DNA of 63,526 nucleotides, the filler included, from Globobulimina sp. (lineage: Eukaryota), in NCBI GenBank assembly GCA_003354225.1. It is 21 parts of 21 records of this genome, joined end to end, with 100 filler letters (N's around TTAATTAATTAA, not from the genome) between each part and the next. Parts side by side here need not be neighbours in the genome. Positions count along the whole stretch, not along the records: positions 12,125 to 15,055 come from PIVH01004316.1; positions 15,156 to 18,085 come from PIVH01004317.1; positions 18,186 to 21,115 come from PIVH01004318.1; positions 21,216 to 24,145 come from PIVH01004319.1; 17 more parts are not named here. The stretch is one strand, 5' to 3'. A model generated the notes under the pieces. It saw only the letters and a program-made list of their open reading frames with translations. It was not told where the DNA came from and made no database searches. Made by a program: the position numbers and the translations under genes. This document shows, one piece after another, positions 12,125-24,245 of the stretch (the stretch's first letter is position 1; the number at the start of each line of letters is the position of its first letter).

Positions 12125-14696
12125 TACCGAACCGAGTTATGAATCACCTAAGGACGAAGGAGCAGCGCCCGAGGCGGCCGCGAATGACGACGACACCAAA
12201 AAAGTGGAATTCCCTGAATCCCGCAAACCTGATTTCACCGCAGACGCTGAAGACGCGAAACAAACCGAGAACTTCCAGTTCAACGCCGACATCGCGCAAT
12301 TAATGAGCTTAATTATCAACGCCGTCTACTCCAACAAAGAGATTTTCCTTCGCGAATTGATCAGTAATTGCAGTGACGCGTTGGACAAAATCCGTTATGA
12401 GTCCTTAAACGACAAAGAGGCCTTAGGCGCTGAGGCCAATTTGAAGATCGAGATCATCCCCGACCCGGCCTCGCGTACACTGACCATTCGCGATACGGGC
12501 ATTGGAATGACGAAGGAAGACTTGGTGAACAACCTAGGCACCATTGCACGCTCCGGAACCAAGCAGTTTATGGAGGCCATTGCCGCTGGCGCTGACATCT
12601 CCATGATTGGGCAGTTCGGTGTGGGCTTTTATAGTGGGTACTTGGTGTCTGATAAAGTGGTGGTGCGCAGTAAGCACAATGACGATGAACAATATGTATG
12701 GGAGTCCTCTGCCGGCGGCACTTTCACGGTCCGCCCTGACACGCATTCCCCTCATCAGTTGGTGCGAGGAACTGAGATCACGTTGTTGTTAAAAGAAGAC
12801 TGTGCCGGTTATTTGGAGGACAAAAAAGTGAAAGAAATTGTGAAGAAACACTCGCAATTTGTGTCGTTTCCAATTAGTTTATTTACCATTAAAGAAGAGG
12901 AAAAAGTATGTTTTTATATCTCATATCTGCGCTTTTGCGCTTTTTTTTTATGTGATTAATCAGCGAATGTTTTTATGATTTTTATGATTGTTTTTGTAAT
13001 TTCAGGAAATTGATGACAGCGACAGCGATGACGACGATGATGATGAGGAGGATGAGACTGCGGATAAAGATGAGGCTGAAGCCACTGTGGAGGTCGCCAA
13101 GAAGGAGAAGAAAGAGAAGAAGACAGAGACTGTCAAGAAACAAGAATGGGAATTGTTGAACAAACAGAAGCCGATTTGGACCAGAAACCCAAATGAAATC
13201 ACAAAAGAAGAATATTCCGCATTTTATAAGTCGATCAGCAACGATTGGGAGGATTTCTTAGCCATTAAACATTTCAGTGTTGAAGGACAATTAGGTATGC
13301 TTTTCTACACTTATTTTCAGTTTGAAACTGAATTTTTTTTGTTCATTTTCAGATTGAAATGATGTGTTTTGATAAAATTTCAGATTGAAACTATTTTTTT
13401 TGAGTTTCAAACTGGAAACGTTTTTGAGTTTGAGATCATATTTTTTTTTTTGCGTACACAGAATTCAGCGGATTATTATTTGTGCCAAAACGCGCACCAT
13501 TTGATATGTTTGAACCTTCGAAAAAGAAGAATAACATCAAATTATTTGTGCGTCGTGTGTTTATTATGGATGACTGCAAAGAATTAATCCCCGAATGGTT
13601 ATCCTTCATTCGTGGCGTCGTCGATTCTGAAGATTTGCCATTAAATATCTCGCGAGAGTCCTTACAGCAGAACAAAATCTTAAAATTGATTAAAAAGAAT
13701 TTAGTCAAGAAGTCGTTGGAAATGTTCGCGGAATTAGCTGAGAACAAAGATGATTATAAAACGTTTTATGAGCAATTTCATAAAAACATCAAATTAGGCA
13801 TCCATGAGGACAGCAAAAACCGCAAAAAAATCTCCGATTTATTGCGATATTCATCCACCAAAACCTCCGACAAAGAGATGGTATCACTCAAAGAATACGT
13901 GGCTCGCATGAAAGATGACCAAAAAGCCATTTATTACATCACCGGCGAAAGCAAAGCCGGCGTGGAAGCGTCGCCATTTTTGGAGGCCTTAAAAAAGCGC
14001 GATTTGGAGGTATTATTCTTAGTGGACCCCATTGACGAATATGCGGTGCAGCAATTACGCGACTATGACGGCAAGAAATTGCAATGTGTGACCAAGGAAG
14101 GACTGGATTTGGGTTTGACTGAGGATGAGAAGAAGAAGAAAGAGGACGAAAAGGCGTCGTTTGAAGGGCTCTGCAAGAAAATGAAGGAGATTTTGGGCGA
14201 TAAGGTGGAGAAAGTGATCACTTCGGACCGTATGGTGGAGTCTCCGTGCTCTTTGGTAACGGGCGAATATGGCTGGAGTGCCAATATGGAGCGCATTATG
14301 AAAGCACAAGCATTGCGCGACAGTTCGATGACGAGTTATATGGTCAGCAAGAAGACCATGGAAATCAATCCCAAACACGCCATTGTGTCGACGTTGAAGA
14401 CTCGGTTTACCACCGATCCCTCGGATAAGACCATTAAAGATTTGGTGTGGTTGTTGTTTGAAACCTCATTGTTAACCAGCGGGTTTTCGTTGGATGAGCC
14501 GGTTAAATTTGCCGGACGTATTCATAAATTGATCAAATTGGGTTTAGCCATATTTGAAGATGATGGCGATGAGTCTGAGGAGGATGATGATGATTTACCA
14601 GAGGAGGACAAAGAGGATGATGCTGAGGACGATGATGATGATGAAATGCCTACATTGGAAGAAGAGGATATTTCTGCCATGGAAGAAGTCGATTAA
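12125..14696 (+). CDS. HSP90: Cytosolic HSP90, 5'-partial; introns 12906-13005 and 13295-13461
   Basis: [56 protein letters not shown] and C-terminal MEEVD. Both introns restore the frame. Confidence 0.99.
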
Positions 14697-15155
14697 ATTG
14701 GTTTTAAATATAATTGACATGAATTTAGCTTTTTTTTTTGGTTTTATATTTATTGTAGTGTTTTTCGAAGAATATACTCGATAAATCTATCTATTTTAAA
14801 TTTGAATTAAAAGAATTACATTTTATTAAGTTAAAAGTTTAAAAATGAAACAAAAAAATCAAGCATTTTGCTTGATTAAACTGCTAATGAAATTGATACC
14901 TAGCTAGGTGTCGTTAATTGTTTTTGCAAGCTAGTCACTTCAATTATCTGAGAAACGCTTTGTAAATCCAGAAACTGTTTGCCATAGGTTTGTCTTGGGT
15001 TTGCAAATCGAGAACAAAGTCAAATTTATAATTGAATTTTCGGTATACAAAGGGTNNNNNNNNNNNNNNNNNNNNNNNNNNNNNNNNNNNNNNNNNNNNT
15101 TAATTAATTAANNNNNNNNNNNNNNNNNNNNNNNNNNNNNNNNNNNNNNNNNNNN

Positions 15156-17562
15156 AAAAAAAGTTAGAGTCGAAACAGAAAGGTAAGTCTTTTAATTTCG
15201 ATGACGTTAAATTGAAGGAAGCGTTGGCTGATAATGAGAGATTAAAACAATTACTACGCAACAAAGAGGACATAATACAGCAAATGGAGCATGATTTGAA
15301 GTGTCAGCATGACACAATCGATGACATAAACAGTACGTACAGCAAAAGTAGTAAACAGTTGGAAACAAATATTGCTGTTGGAAATGATACAATTGCTGAG
15401 TTGCAAGATGAAGTTATCAGATTAAGGGAGCAAATGAAGAATGATCGAGAGTTACAGGCCTCGTTTGCAACACACAAACAACAGTTATCTAATATGGTGA
15501 ATGAGTCAATGGCTGATCAGACCACAGCGACCGTGTCGGCTTTGACTGAATTACAGAAACAACAGGAACAGTTCTATCATTTTATGCAATCAATGCAGAG
15601 TAACATTGAAAAGATATACGACAAACAACATGAACATGACAAGGAATTTGTGGAATTAAAAAATAAGGAAATGACTGAGAATCATAATTATAATAACAGC
15701 CAAACAAATAAATATGAATATTTTAATGATGTCGATTTTGATAGCATGGATATGATGGAGTTCAACACAAAAGTGGACAGTATCAAACGTGGCAAAGATA
15801 GATTTTCTACAACATCGGACAGCAATATTGCTGCTGATACGTTGTTAGCTGCTTTGACACCAAAATCTAAAACAAAACAAGAAACGAATGGTATGCGTTT
15901 TTATAGGTTTTATATTTTATTTTGTTTTCAAAATTGTGTACCATCACAGAAGCAGAAACTAGCGATGATGAGTTTGGAAACGTTGTAAATTCGATGACAT
16001 CATATTTGCAACGAGCAAGAACAGAGCGGTTGGAGTCATTGGATGAGAAAAAGGAGGAACAGAGTCAACAGACAGAGTGTGAATTTATTAATAATTTAGT
16101 AACGAGTGTGAGTAAACAATCACAGCATACAGATGGTGGCACTGACACTGGCACTGGTTACAGCATTGGGAAATGTATAGACATATTGGACTCGAGTTAT
16201 TATTGGTACTCTGCGAAGATTGTCGATATTGACGGGTTTAGGAAAAATGCATTAAAAGTGCATTATGATGGATTTGATAATAAATGGGATGAATGGATAC
16301 CATTCAAGCAATTATTCCGCATTGCTGCGCATAAATCGAGGTCACAATCGTCAGAAACTAATAACAATGAGAACCGTGGCGTTCATGCATTGCTGGCGAC
16401 GAATTTTTCCAAATTAACGTCTGGGAAAGATTTGAGAGCAGCATTTGACATAAATAATGAGAAATTATTGACTGATGTTAATGTGCTGTTAGAAGGGTAT
16501 TTATATAAAAGAGGCACTTGGAATGACTGGAATAAGCATTGGTTTTGTTTGCGGAATAAAAATGATAGAATTAAGCTATTTTATTATGCGAATCGGAAGA
16601 AGGCCACCCGTAAAGCCCAGGGAGTCATTAGTTTGCGCAAAATAAGAAAAATTGTCACTGCTAATTACGGGCATACCCAGTTTTCATTTGATATCCATGA
16701 AAAGTTTGACTTTGCCACTGGAGTGTTTGGAACTTTTCATGTCAGAATGAAAGTGAATTGAAAGACTGGATCACTGTTTTAGAATGCTGCAAAAATGTGC
16801 CTTTGGATAGTATTGAACCAAATGTCAATGCAAATGATGTATTGACTGCGGTGTCGTTGTCTTCATTGCGCAGTATACGAAAACCAGTGTATTTTGAGAA
16901 ACAGCCATTGGAATTGTCAATATTGCATGCATTGAACTCCTTGTTTCAGGAGAAAAAGTATACAGTGCAAGATTTGGAAGTTGTTTGCCAGTCATTAGCA
17001 TTGAATAAATTTGTAAATCCGCACAAGTCTGTATTCCAAAAGAGTAGCTACGATGTGAATGTATTAAACTGTGCTACAAAATGCAAAGGTTGACGTACAA
17101 TGGTTTGATCGCAGGAAAACAGAAAAAGAATTAAATATTTTGAATCAAGAATGGTTAGTTCCGCAGGATAAATTTAAAGAATTTGTAGGATTTATTTTGA
17201 ATATGGCGCTAAAACAATCATTGTTTGTGAAACGAAGACATTGGTTAACAATTAAACGCATTGAACATATTTGGTACATGTTCGATTCGCGAGAAATAAA
17301 ACCAATAAAATATAAAACTGAAAATGAAATAAATGTGTTGCAAAAATGGCTTGTTGATGTATGTAGTAATAAAGATGCGCAGTTATTGATTTGTAGGAAA
17401 TTAAAAAATGTTCAACGTCAATCATCGAAAAGTATGAAGGTTTTGGGTTTGATGGATGCACCGAATGATAAAGCTAAAAAGCCACGGAAAAGAGGTTCAT
17501 CTGTTGGTGGAGCATTTGGTGCACTTAAAACGTCATTGTCTTTGAAGAGTTTTGGAGATTGA
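15156..17562 (+). CDS. Coiled-coil / Tudor(MBT-chromo-barrel)-like / PH / Josephin-domain protein; intron 15891-15949; two frame disruptions
   Basis: Tudor-like WYSAKIVD…VHYDGFDNKWDEWI. PH: EGYLYKRGTWNDWNKHWFCL…ELKDWITVL. Josephin: VYFEKQPLELSILHALNSL…NPHKS…YDVNVL…WFDRRK…RRHWLTIK…YMFDS. The frame changes near 16722 and 17067. Confidence 0.8.
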
Positions 17563-17639
17563 ATATATTATTTTGTGTGTGTGCGCTGTGCTATATATCA
17601 AATATGTTCTTAAGTTTTGAAGATTTTCTCTTATATTGG

Positions 17640-18047
17640 CTATAGTATGAGAAAGTTTTTACGAAATCTATAATAATGAGGACACGGAATTTCGGATTTG
17701 CTCATGGCAATCAATTCATTAAGTACATATGTTTTCCGTATGATCTCTTTATCTTTGAATTCATTAAGGAATTCTAGCCTATCCATCGGTTTCATATCTT
17801 GCGTGAAACATTGTTGAAAGAATTTGAACCGATTATATTTTTGTTTCATCATCATTTCACCAAAATTTTCTGATTCATACATCCATTGTCCGATAACATT
17901 AATTTCGAATATCTTATAATAGCCTAGTTCATAACAGTTATTATTTTCACGGTGCCAAATTTTGCCTAGTTCTTGCTTTGATTGCAGACCATGTCTGTTT
18001 ATCATTTGTCTGACAGATTGAACAAACGAGAGGCTTGCTGATGACAT
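17640..18047 (-). CDS. Hypothetical protein
   Basis: 135-aa ORF convergent with the Josephin gene; no motif recognised. Confidence 0.4.
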   Translation of the reverse strand: MSSASLSFVQSVRQMINRHGLQSKQELGKIWHRENNNCYELGYYKIFEINVIGQWMYESENFGEMMMKQKYNRFKFFQQCFTQDMKPMDRLEFLNEFKDKEIIRKTYVLNELIAMSKSEIPCPHYYRFRKNFLIL

Positions 18048-18185
18048 AGTAAGTTGTGTTGCGACTCTGTTTTTACTTCTGCAAANNNNNNNNNNNNNNN
18101 NNNNNNNNNNNNNNNNNNNNNNNNNNNNNTTAATTAATTAANNNNNNNNNNNNNNNNNNNNNNNNNNNNNNNNNNNNNNNNNNNN

Positions 18186-20780
18186 GATGGATATTCACAT
18201 ATTCGTTGATAAATAACACTATTATATAATATTGGTTTTTTTTCTGGAACATGCGTTGGATGAAGAAAGGCACCGCCTCCACCACTTACAATTAATGTTG
18301 CACCCACATTCGGCATACTATTAATTTTATTATAATCCGAAATATCACATTCTGATTGCGATCGTTTCAAATTTGATGTTGATTTTAGTGCTACCGGTAC
18401 CGGCATGCTATCATTGCTGTCATTATTCTTATTGGTACTTGACATCATATTGTATTTTAAACCGGATTGTATGGCAGATTCTGATTCATGTCTGGTATAA
18501 TTATGAATGTCGCCGGCTAAGCGTAACCGTAATCGGTCACTGCCAATAACATTATTAATTAAGTATTGCAGGTTTGAGCCATAGTTTTCATGTTCATGAT
18601 CATTTATTATCCAATCTGGCAAATGCGTCATTATTATTACACGTTCACTTCGATTTTCATCATCAAAATAAGTTTCCACGATTTTGGCAAAGTACTCAAA
18701 TTGTTTTGGATCAATATCACCGTTTAAGGCATAATCCGCCGCAAATATCCACCTAAAAATAATCAGTACATAGAAACATTTGTCAATGTTCAAAACAAAT
18801 ACTTACCAATTATGTGGCAGCGCAGTCACAAAATAACTCGATGTCTGTGGCAAATACCAGCCCCCCAACCAATTGCGACTACAGATAAATCTGCAAAATG
18901 TCTGTAAACCATCGTACCAATCATGATTGCCTGGTATTATTAAACAGGTTGGACCTGCGTAGGATTCTAAATCACCATTATCCGGCAACTCCGGTTTGCG
19001 ATATGATATTTCTGGGCATATATTCCCTGCTTTTAAATTATTAATAATATATTGTGGCGGACGCATTGCGTCTTCAAATACCCTGAAAAACTTTTGTTGA
19101 AAATTCAATGCTGTGGGTCCAGGATAGGATAAATCACCACCAATCAGTAACAATTTCGCGCGTTTTAGTGTTATATCATTGGTTCCAATTAAGTACGGCT
19201 GTGCTAATAACCTCGCAATCTCGTAACCAGAATGAAACCCATCACCACAATCAGCCATAAAATCAAACCATAATTCATTTTTATTTTGCAAATAACCAAA
19301 ACACGATGAATTGCATTGTTCATAATCTGTCAATGCTGATGGACTTCTATCTATATTCGAAAAGATAATACTTGAATTCGAGTTAGATTGCTCTATATTG
19401 GCATGTTCCATTGATGCAAAAGAAAGAGTATAATTTATTTTTGCTTTTTTTCGCTGCTGTTTTTTCTGTTTTTCGTCCCTATTCGTAATAGCTTTCAACG
19501 CATCCAATGACTTATTCAGTTCTCTCTTATCATAGCGATCCAAAAAGATGCCCAAAGCGATCACAATATCCAACAACACCCAGCCGGTACTCATAGCGAA
19601 CCAGGATACCATGGGATGAATGTTACGCGGCTCTGCAGAGTGCACAATGCGGCGAATAATGGTATGTTGAATCACAAGCGTTGCTTCATTTGTTTTTAAT
19701 TCATTTTCCAAAACCATATCAGTGTTCACATCAGATGACGGTGACCTTGTTGCCATCTCAGATGATGGCGATTTTGTTGCAATATTTGTTGGTGCTGCTT
19801 CAGTCACGATTTCAGTTTCGATATATTCAGTAAGTTGATTCAAATCAGATTCTGAAAAGAATATGAACCTCTCCTTAGAAGTGCCTTCAATGAGATAATT
19901 AACGCAAATTATAGTAACACCAGTTAACCACATGGTTAATACCGGTGGTATGTCGGTATAATTTTTGTTGCCAGTCCCAGACAATGCGACTGTTTGGAAT
20001 AACTTTTGGCAAAATATGACTGATCCATCCACTTGAAAGCCAACTGATTTTTCACTGAATATCTCGAAGGTATTGGCATTGCCGCAGGTCGCATATAAGG
20101 TGGAGCAGGCCAAGGAGATGAAGGCTGAGGATTGCAATATTTCAAATATGCGCTTTCGAATTCCAATGTGGAATACAAATATACGATTTAATATGAGACG
20201 GAATGTAGCATTTATTATGGAGACAGTGAACACTGTCAAAGCATAAAAATAAGGAAATAATGCTAAGGGTTCTTCGACTAAATAGTATAAAATAGGCAAA
20301 TGAGAGAGCATGGAAATGAACAACCAGCAGTATATGAAATAGACCAAAAACGAATATCCGGTAAACTCTTTGTTGCGGATATATCGCAGTTGATAGATTG
20401 GTGAGGAAAACAATAAAAATGAGATGAATAATATCAAGTATACTAATGATATGGTGGCGGTGGAGTGTTTTATTATTATTGTACTCAAATGATGTGGCGC
20501 GTTTTGAATGAGTGATTCAAAGAATTTCGATGTATTGGATGTATTGTCATTAATATTGTTTGTAAATTTAGCGTCAAGCTCTTCGAATTTAAATGATGTT
20601 GTCATAAATTGACAGAAATTATCATAAGATATGTCTGCATAACGAATCCAAACCAATAATGAAGATATGGTTAATAATGACAGTAAATCTGATCTGCGAA
20701 ACCACCATGGCAGTTTGATTGGGACTGCATGTGCTACAAATTTACGAACACGTGAAGGTGTATTTTTATTGCTTAACCCT
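18186..20780 (-). CDS. Multi-TM calcineurin-like metallophosphoesterase (family of plant At4g11800-type proteins); partial; intron 18753-18806
   Basis: WFDFMADCGDG, IGGDLSYP, IPGNHDWYDG, THLP, AGDIHNY and VSGGGGAFLHPTH motifs, preceded by several hydrophobic helices. Confidence 0.9.
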
Positions 20781-21215
20781 AACCTTAGACAAAGTTCTCT
20801 ATAGTATTTTGGAGCAATACCACCATCAAATGTCCATTGCCTTGCTCGCTGCTAGTATCCGTTACAGTATTACCAGTCATGCCGGCATCAGTGTGTATGT
20901 CAACAAAGTTCTTGACGTTTGACAACACGTCTTTGGGGAATTCCTTCCTATGTCCCACCGCATACTTGTAGAGTTCAAGGATATCCTTAGCATCACCTCG
21001 CACAGCTTGTGGTCCACGCCTCTTCTTGATCTGCATCGCCTGTAGACCGGGCTTGCTCTCAACGGATATTCCATTGTCCTTCAAGTCTTCAATATATCGC
21101 CCATGTGCCGCTTTGNNNNNNNNNNNNNNNNNNNNNNNNNNNNNNNNNNNNNNNNNNNNTTAATTAATTAANNNNNNNNNNNNNNNNNNNNNNNNNNNNN
21201 NNNNNNNNNNNNNNN

Positions 21216-21364
21216 AAGGAGCACCAAAAGGAGATGAAAACGGCCAACCAGGAATATGTAGTGATGGTGGTGATGGTGGATATGGGAGAATAAGAATAGA
21301 CACCGGGAATCTCAATAAAGTTGGCAATGTAGTACCAAATGTTGGATACACCGCAAAATATTAA
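21216..21364 (+). CDS. 3' end of a Gly-rich protein
   Basis: The frame reads GAPKGDENGQPGICSDGGDGGYGRIRID…AKY* from the contig edge. Confidence 0.45.
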
Positions 21365-21614
21365 ACTTTTTGTACACAGTTAATTATAGTAATTAATTTT
21401 CAAGTTAATTTTCAAGTTCATTCAAGGAATACAAAGGGTGGTACGTATAAATTAGTTGTGTGTAATATTGGTCAAGGTACAGAGGTACAGCTTTTATCAT
21501 ATAGGCCATTGTAGTCATGTATTTATATAACTACACATTTTATAATATCTTTACTACAAAAAAAAAGGAAAATCTTTTTTTGCAAAGTCAAATAGTCAAT
21601 CATCGCGCTTAAAA

Positions 21615-23592
21615 ATGTCGACACGAGACACAAGACGACCAAACAGCAGAAGAGTAAGGAAAAAGAGATCAACCACACTTGATCCATCCACAAATATTGG
21701 CCTTTATTCCTCTCTCTCATCGTCACCATCACGAAAACCATATAAAAAATTAAAACGTGATCATAAATCTGAGCGTGCCATCAAATCGAAATCGCCAAAC
21801 TATAAAAGCAAACACAAACATTCACGGCATAGAGCAGCCTCTGATGCGCCATTAAAAGCCGAATTAGCAGCAATTTCACTTAAATTAGATACAAAAAGAA
21901 GCAAGAAACGAAAAACGAAAAAATATAACTCACAAACACCTGTCAATGATTACTTTGATTCGTACCCATATGCCACAAACGGTGATTATAAAAAGGCCAA
22001 AAAATCGAGCATGACACCAAAAGTGTCATTGTCAACATCCATCCAAGAATCATTATTTTCGAGCGATGATGAATTGAATGACAATAATCATATAAATGAT
22101 GCACAGAATAATAACAACAGCAGCAACCTGAACGAAATTAGAATATTAACAAATTCACACTCAATAACCCAAGCAAGCAAAAATTTAAGTTTTGTACATA
22201 AAAAGCTAAAAAAAAAAATAAATTCCAACTTCTCCCAATTTCACGGCGCATTAAACGAGCAACAAAGCAAATTATTGGACGATTTAGAAACTTTCTACGC
22301 CGACAAACAAGGCGAAATCATATCGATTGAACGCAAATTATTTGAAAATGCTCGAAAATCTAAAAATATCAAAGAAAAAGAGTACGAATTTGATACAAAG
22401 ATTAATTTCGTTATCAATACAACAAAAATATTGTCTCAAATTGACAAATATGGCCTCATTGAAACCACTAAAAATGCCAAAAAAAATCCAATTGACAATG
22501 AAGTGGATGACTTAAAGAGCGATGAAGATGATGTCTGCGATGATGGTGACAATGAGACCGATACAATGGCCATGAAACAGCAATTCATTTTAAGTGAGAT
22601 CCAAAAGCAAACCATGAATAAATTGGATGTGGTGATATTAATGGAAAAAGAGGCTAAGAAAAAAGCGCAGCAAGCGGCCAAATTGACGCGTGAAGTGGAG
22701 GACGGATTGGCGTTCATTGCAGAGCGAAGGAAGATAATTGCCGATAAAATCGCCATTGCAACGCCAGAATTGGAGAAGGCGCGAGAAGCGGTGAGGGGCA
22801 TTGATCCAAAAGATATCAATGAGATAAAATCGCTTAAATCGCCACCGAGTGTTATTGAAAATGTTATTACTGCGACTGTTATGATTTTAGGTTTGTGGAA
22901 ACGGCATACATTTGTATGCTTTTTTGTACTTGAAATGTTTTCTATGTTTTCGCACTGCACTGCGCATTGTATATTTGTGCATTATTTGGTATACAAAGTG
23001 CTTCCGAATATGTACGTACTTGTTTTTTTTTTTTACTTTGATGTGCAGCGATTTTATGTAACTGCGTGCGTTGCGTATATATTTTTAGCTTTTTTGTATG
23101 TGTTAAGGTCATAAGATTGGGCAATGGCGAGATGTGCAAAAGGTGTTAAGTTATAAATTCAAGCCAGAATTACTAAATTTTGACACTTATACATTATCGC
23201 CGGCGACTCGCAAGGCAGTGTACAAGAAATATTTAGGAAGCTCAGATTTTAATTATTCGCGCGTTTATTCCGGAAGCAAAGTATGCGGCTCTTTGTTAAA
23301 TTGGGTACTTTCCCAAATTAAATATTCACGATTATTGGATGTTATTATCCCGTTAGAAAAAGAGGTAAAAAAATTGAAAAAACAAAGTAAAAAAAAAGAG
23401 AAATTGGCTAAACAATTAATGAAAATTGTAAACGAATTGGAAGAAAATATTAAATTATATACAAATCAATGCAATCAAATGATTGATCATATCATAAAAT
23501 CTACACATTACGAATTGCAACAATTTAGCGATAAATTACAACCATTAAACGATAAATTTAACCAATTATTAAGCAATAAGGTGCTTGACTGA
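21615..23592 (+). CDS. Stand-alone dynein heavy-chain stalk/microtubule-binding-domain protein (586 aa); intron 22891-23107
   Basis: The spliced C-terminal half (ATPELEKAREAVRGIDPKDINEIKSLKSPPSVIENVITATVMILGHKIGQWRDVQK…FNYSRVYSGSKVCGSLLNWVLSQIKY…IPLEKEV) matches the cytoplasmic dynein CC1-MTBD-CC2 region. No AAA motifs are present. Confidence 0.88.
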
Positions 23593-24245
23593 CGCACTCC
23601 ATTTTTCTCTCCCTCTTTTTCTTCTTTTCTCCTCTTTTTTTCATTGTCTTTTTTTTTATATTTTTATATATTTTTTTCTGTTTTTTTTTCTGTCTTTTTT
23701 TCTTGGGGTTTGGAACTATATTTTGTGTTTATTTTCTAGTGCTTTGTTGAATAAATGCCTGACACCGATGCAGTAACACTCGAGCAAAAAAAAGTGATGA
23801 TCGATCCGAAGATAAAACAGTTTTCAGTAAAAACTAAGTAAAAAAATTTTTAAGTTCATCCATGCGCCTTGCACTTAATTACATTTCCTCTCTTCTTTTT
23901 TGATGTTGTCTGATTTGATCATGCAATCCTTCCAATCCTCCAAATTTCCCTGGCATTCCACGCATATTATTCCCTAATAAAATGTACACATCATACCATA
24001 ATAAATCAACACAATGAATATATACTTAACTCAATTTCTCTTTGGCCGCATGCATTTGTTCAGGCGATAACTTTGTTTTTGCGCCATTTTTATTCAACGA
24101 ATTAAAAATTGGCCCTTCGCCCAAATCGCTAAACGGGGCGTTATTNNNNNNNNNNNNNNNNNNNNNNNNNNNNNNNNNNNNNNNNNNNNTTAATTAATTA
24201 ANNNNNNNNNNNNNNNNNNNNNNNNNNNNNNNNNNNNNNNNNNNN

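Noticed and set aside
15043-15055. ATACAAAGGGT shared with ~21429 as a possible transposon end
   Set aside because: Only 11 bp, at a contig edge, with no partner inverted repeat or TSD visible.
21615-23592. Ordinary fragment of a full-length dynein heavy chain
   Set aside because: The region upstream of CC1 is low-complexity rather than AAA4, and a stop plus T-rich 3' region follows CC2 within the contig.
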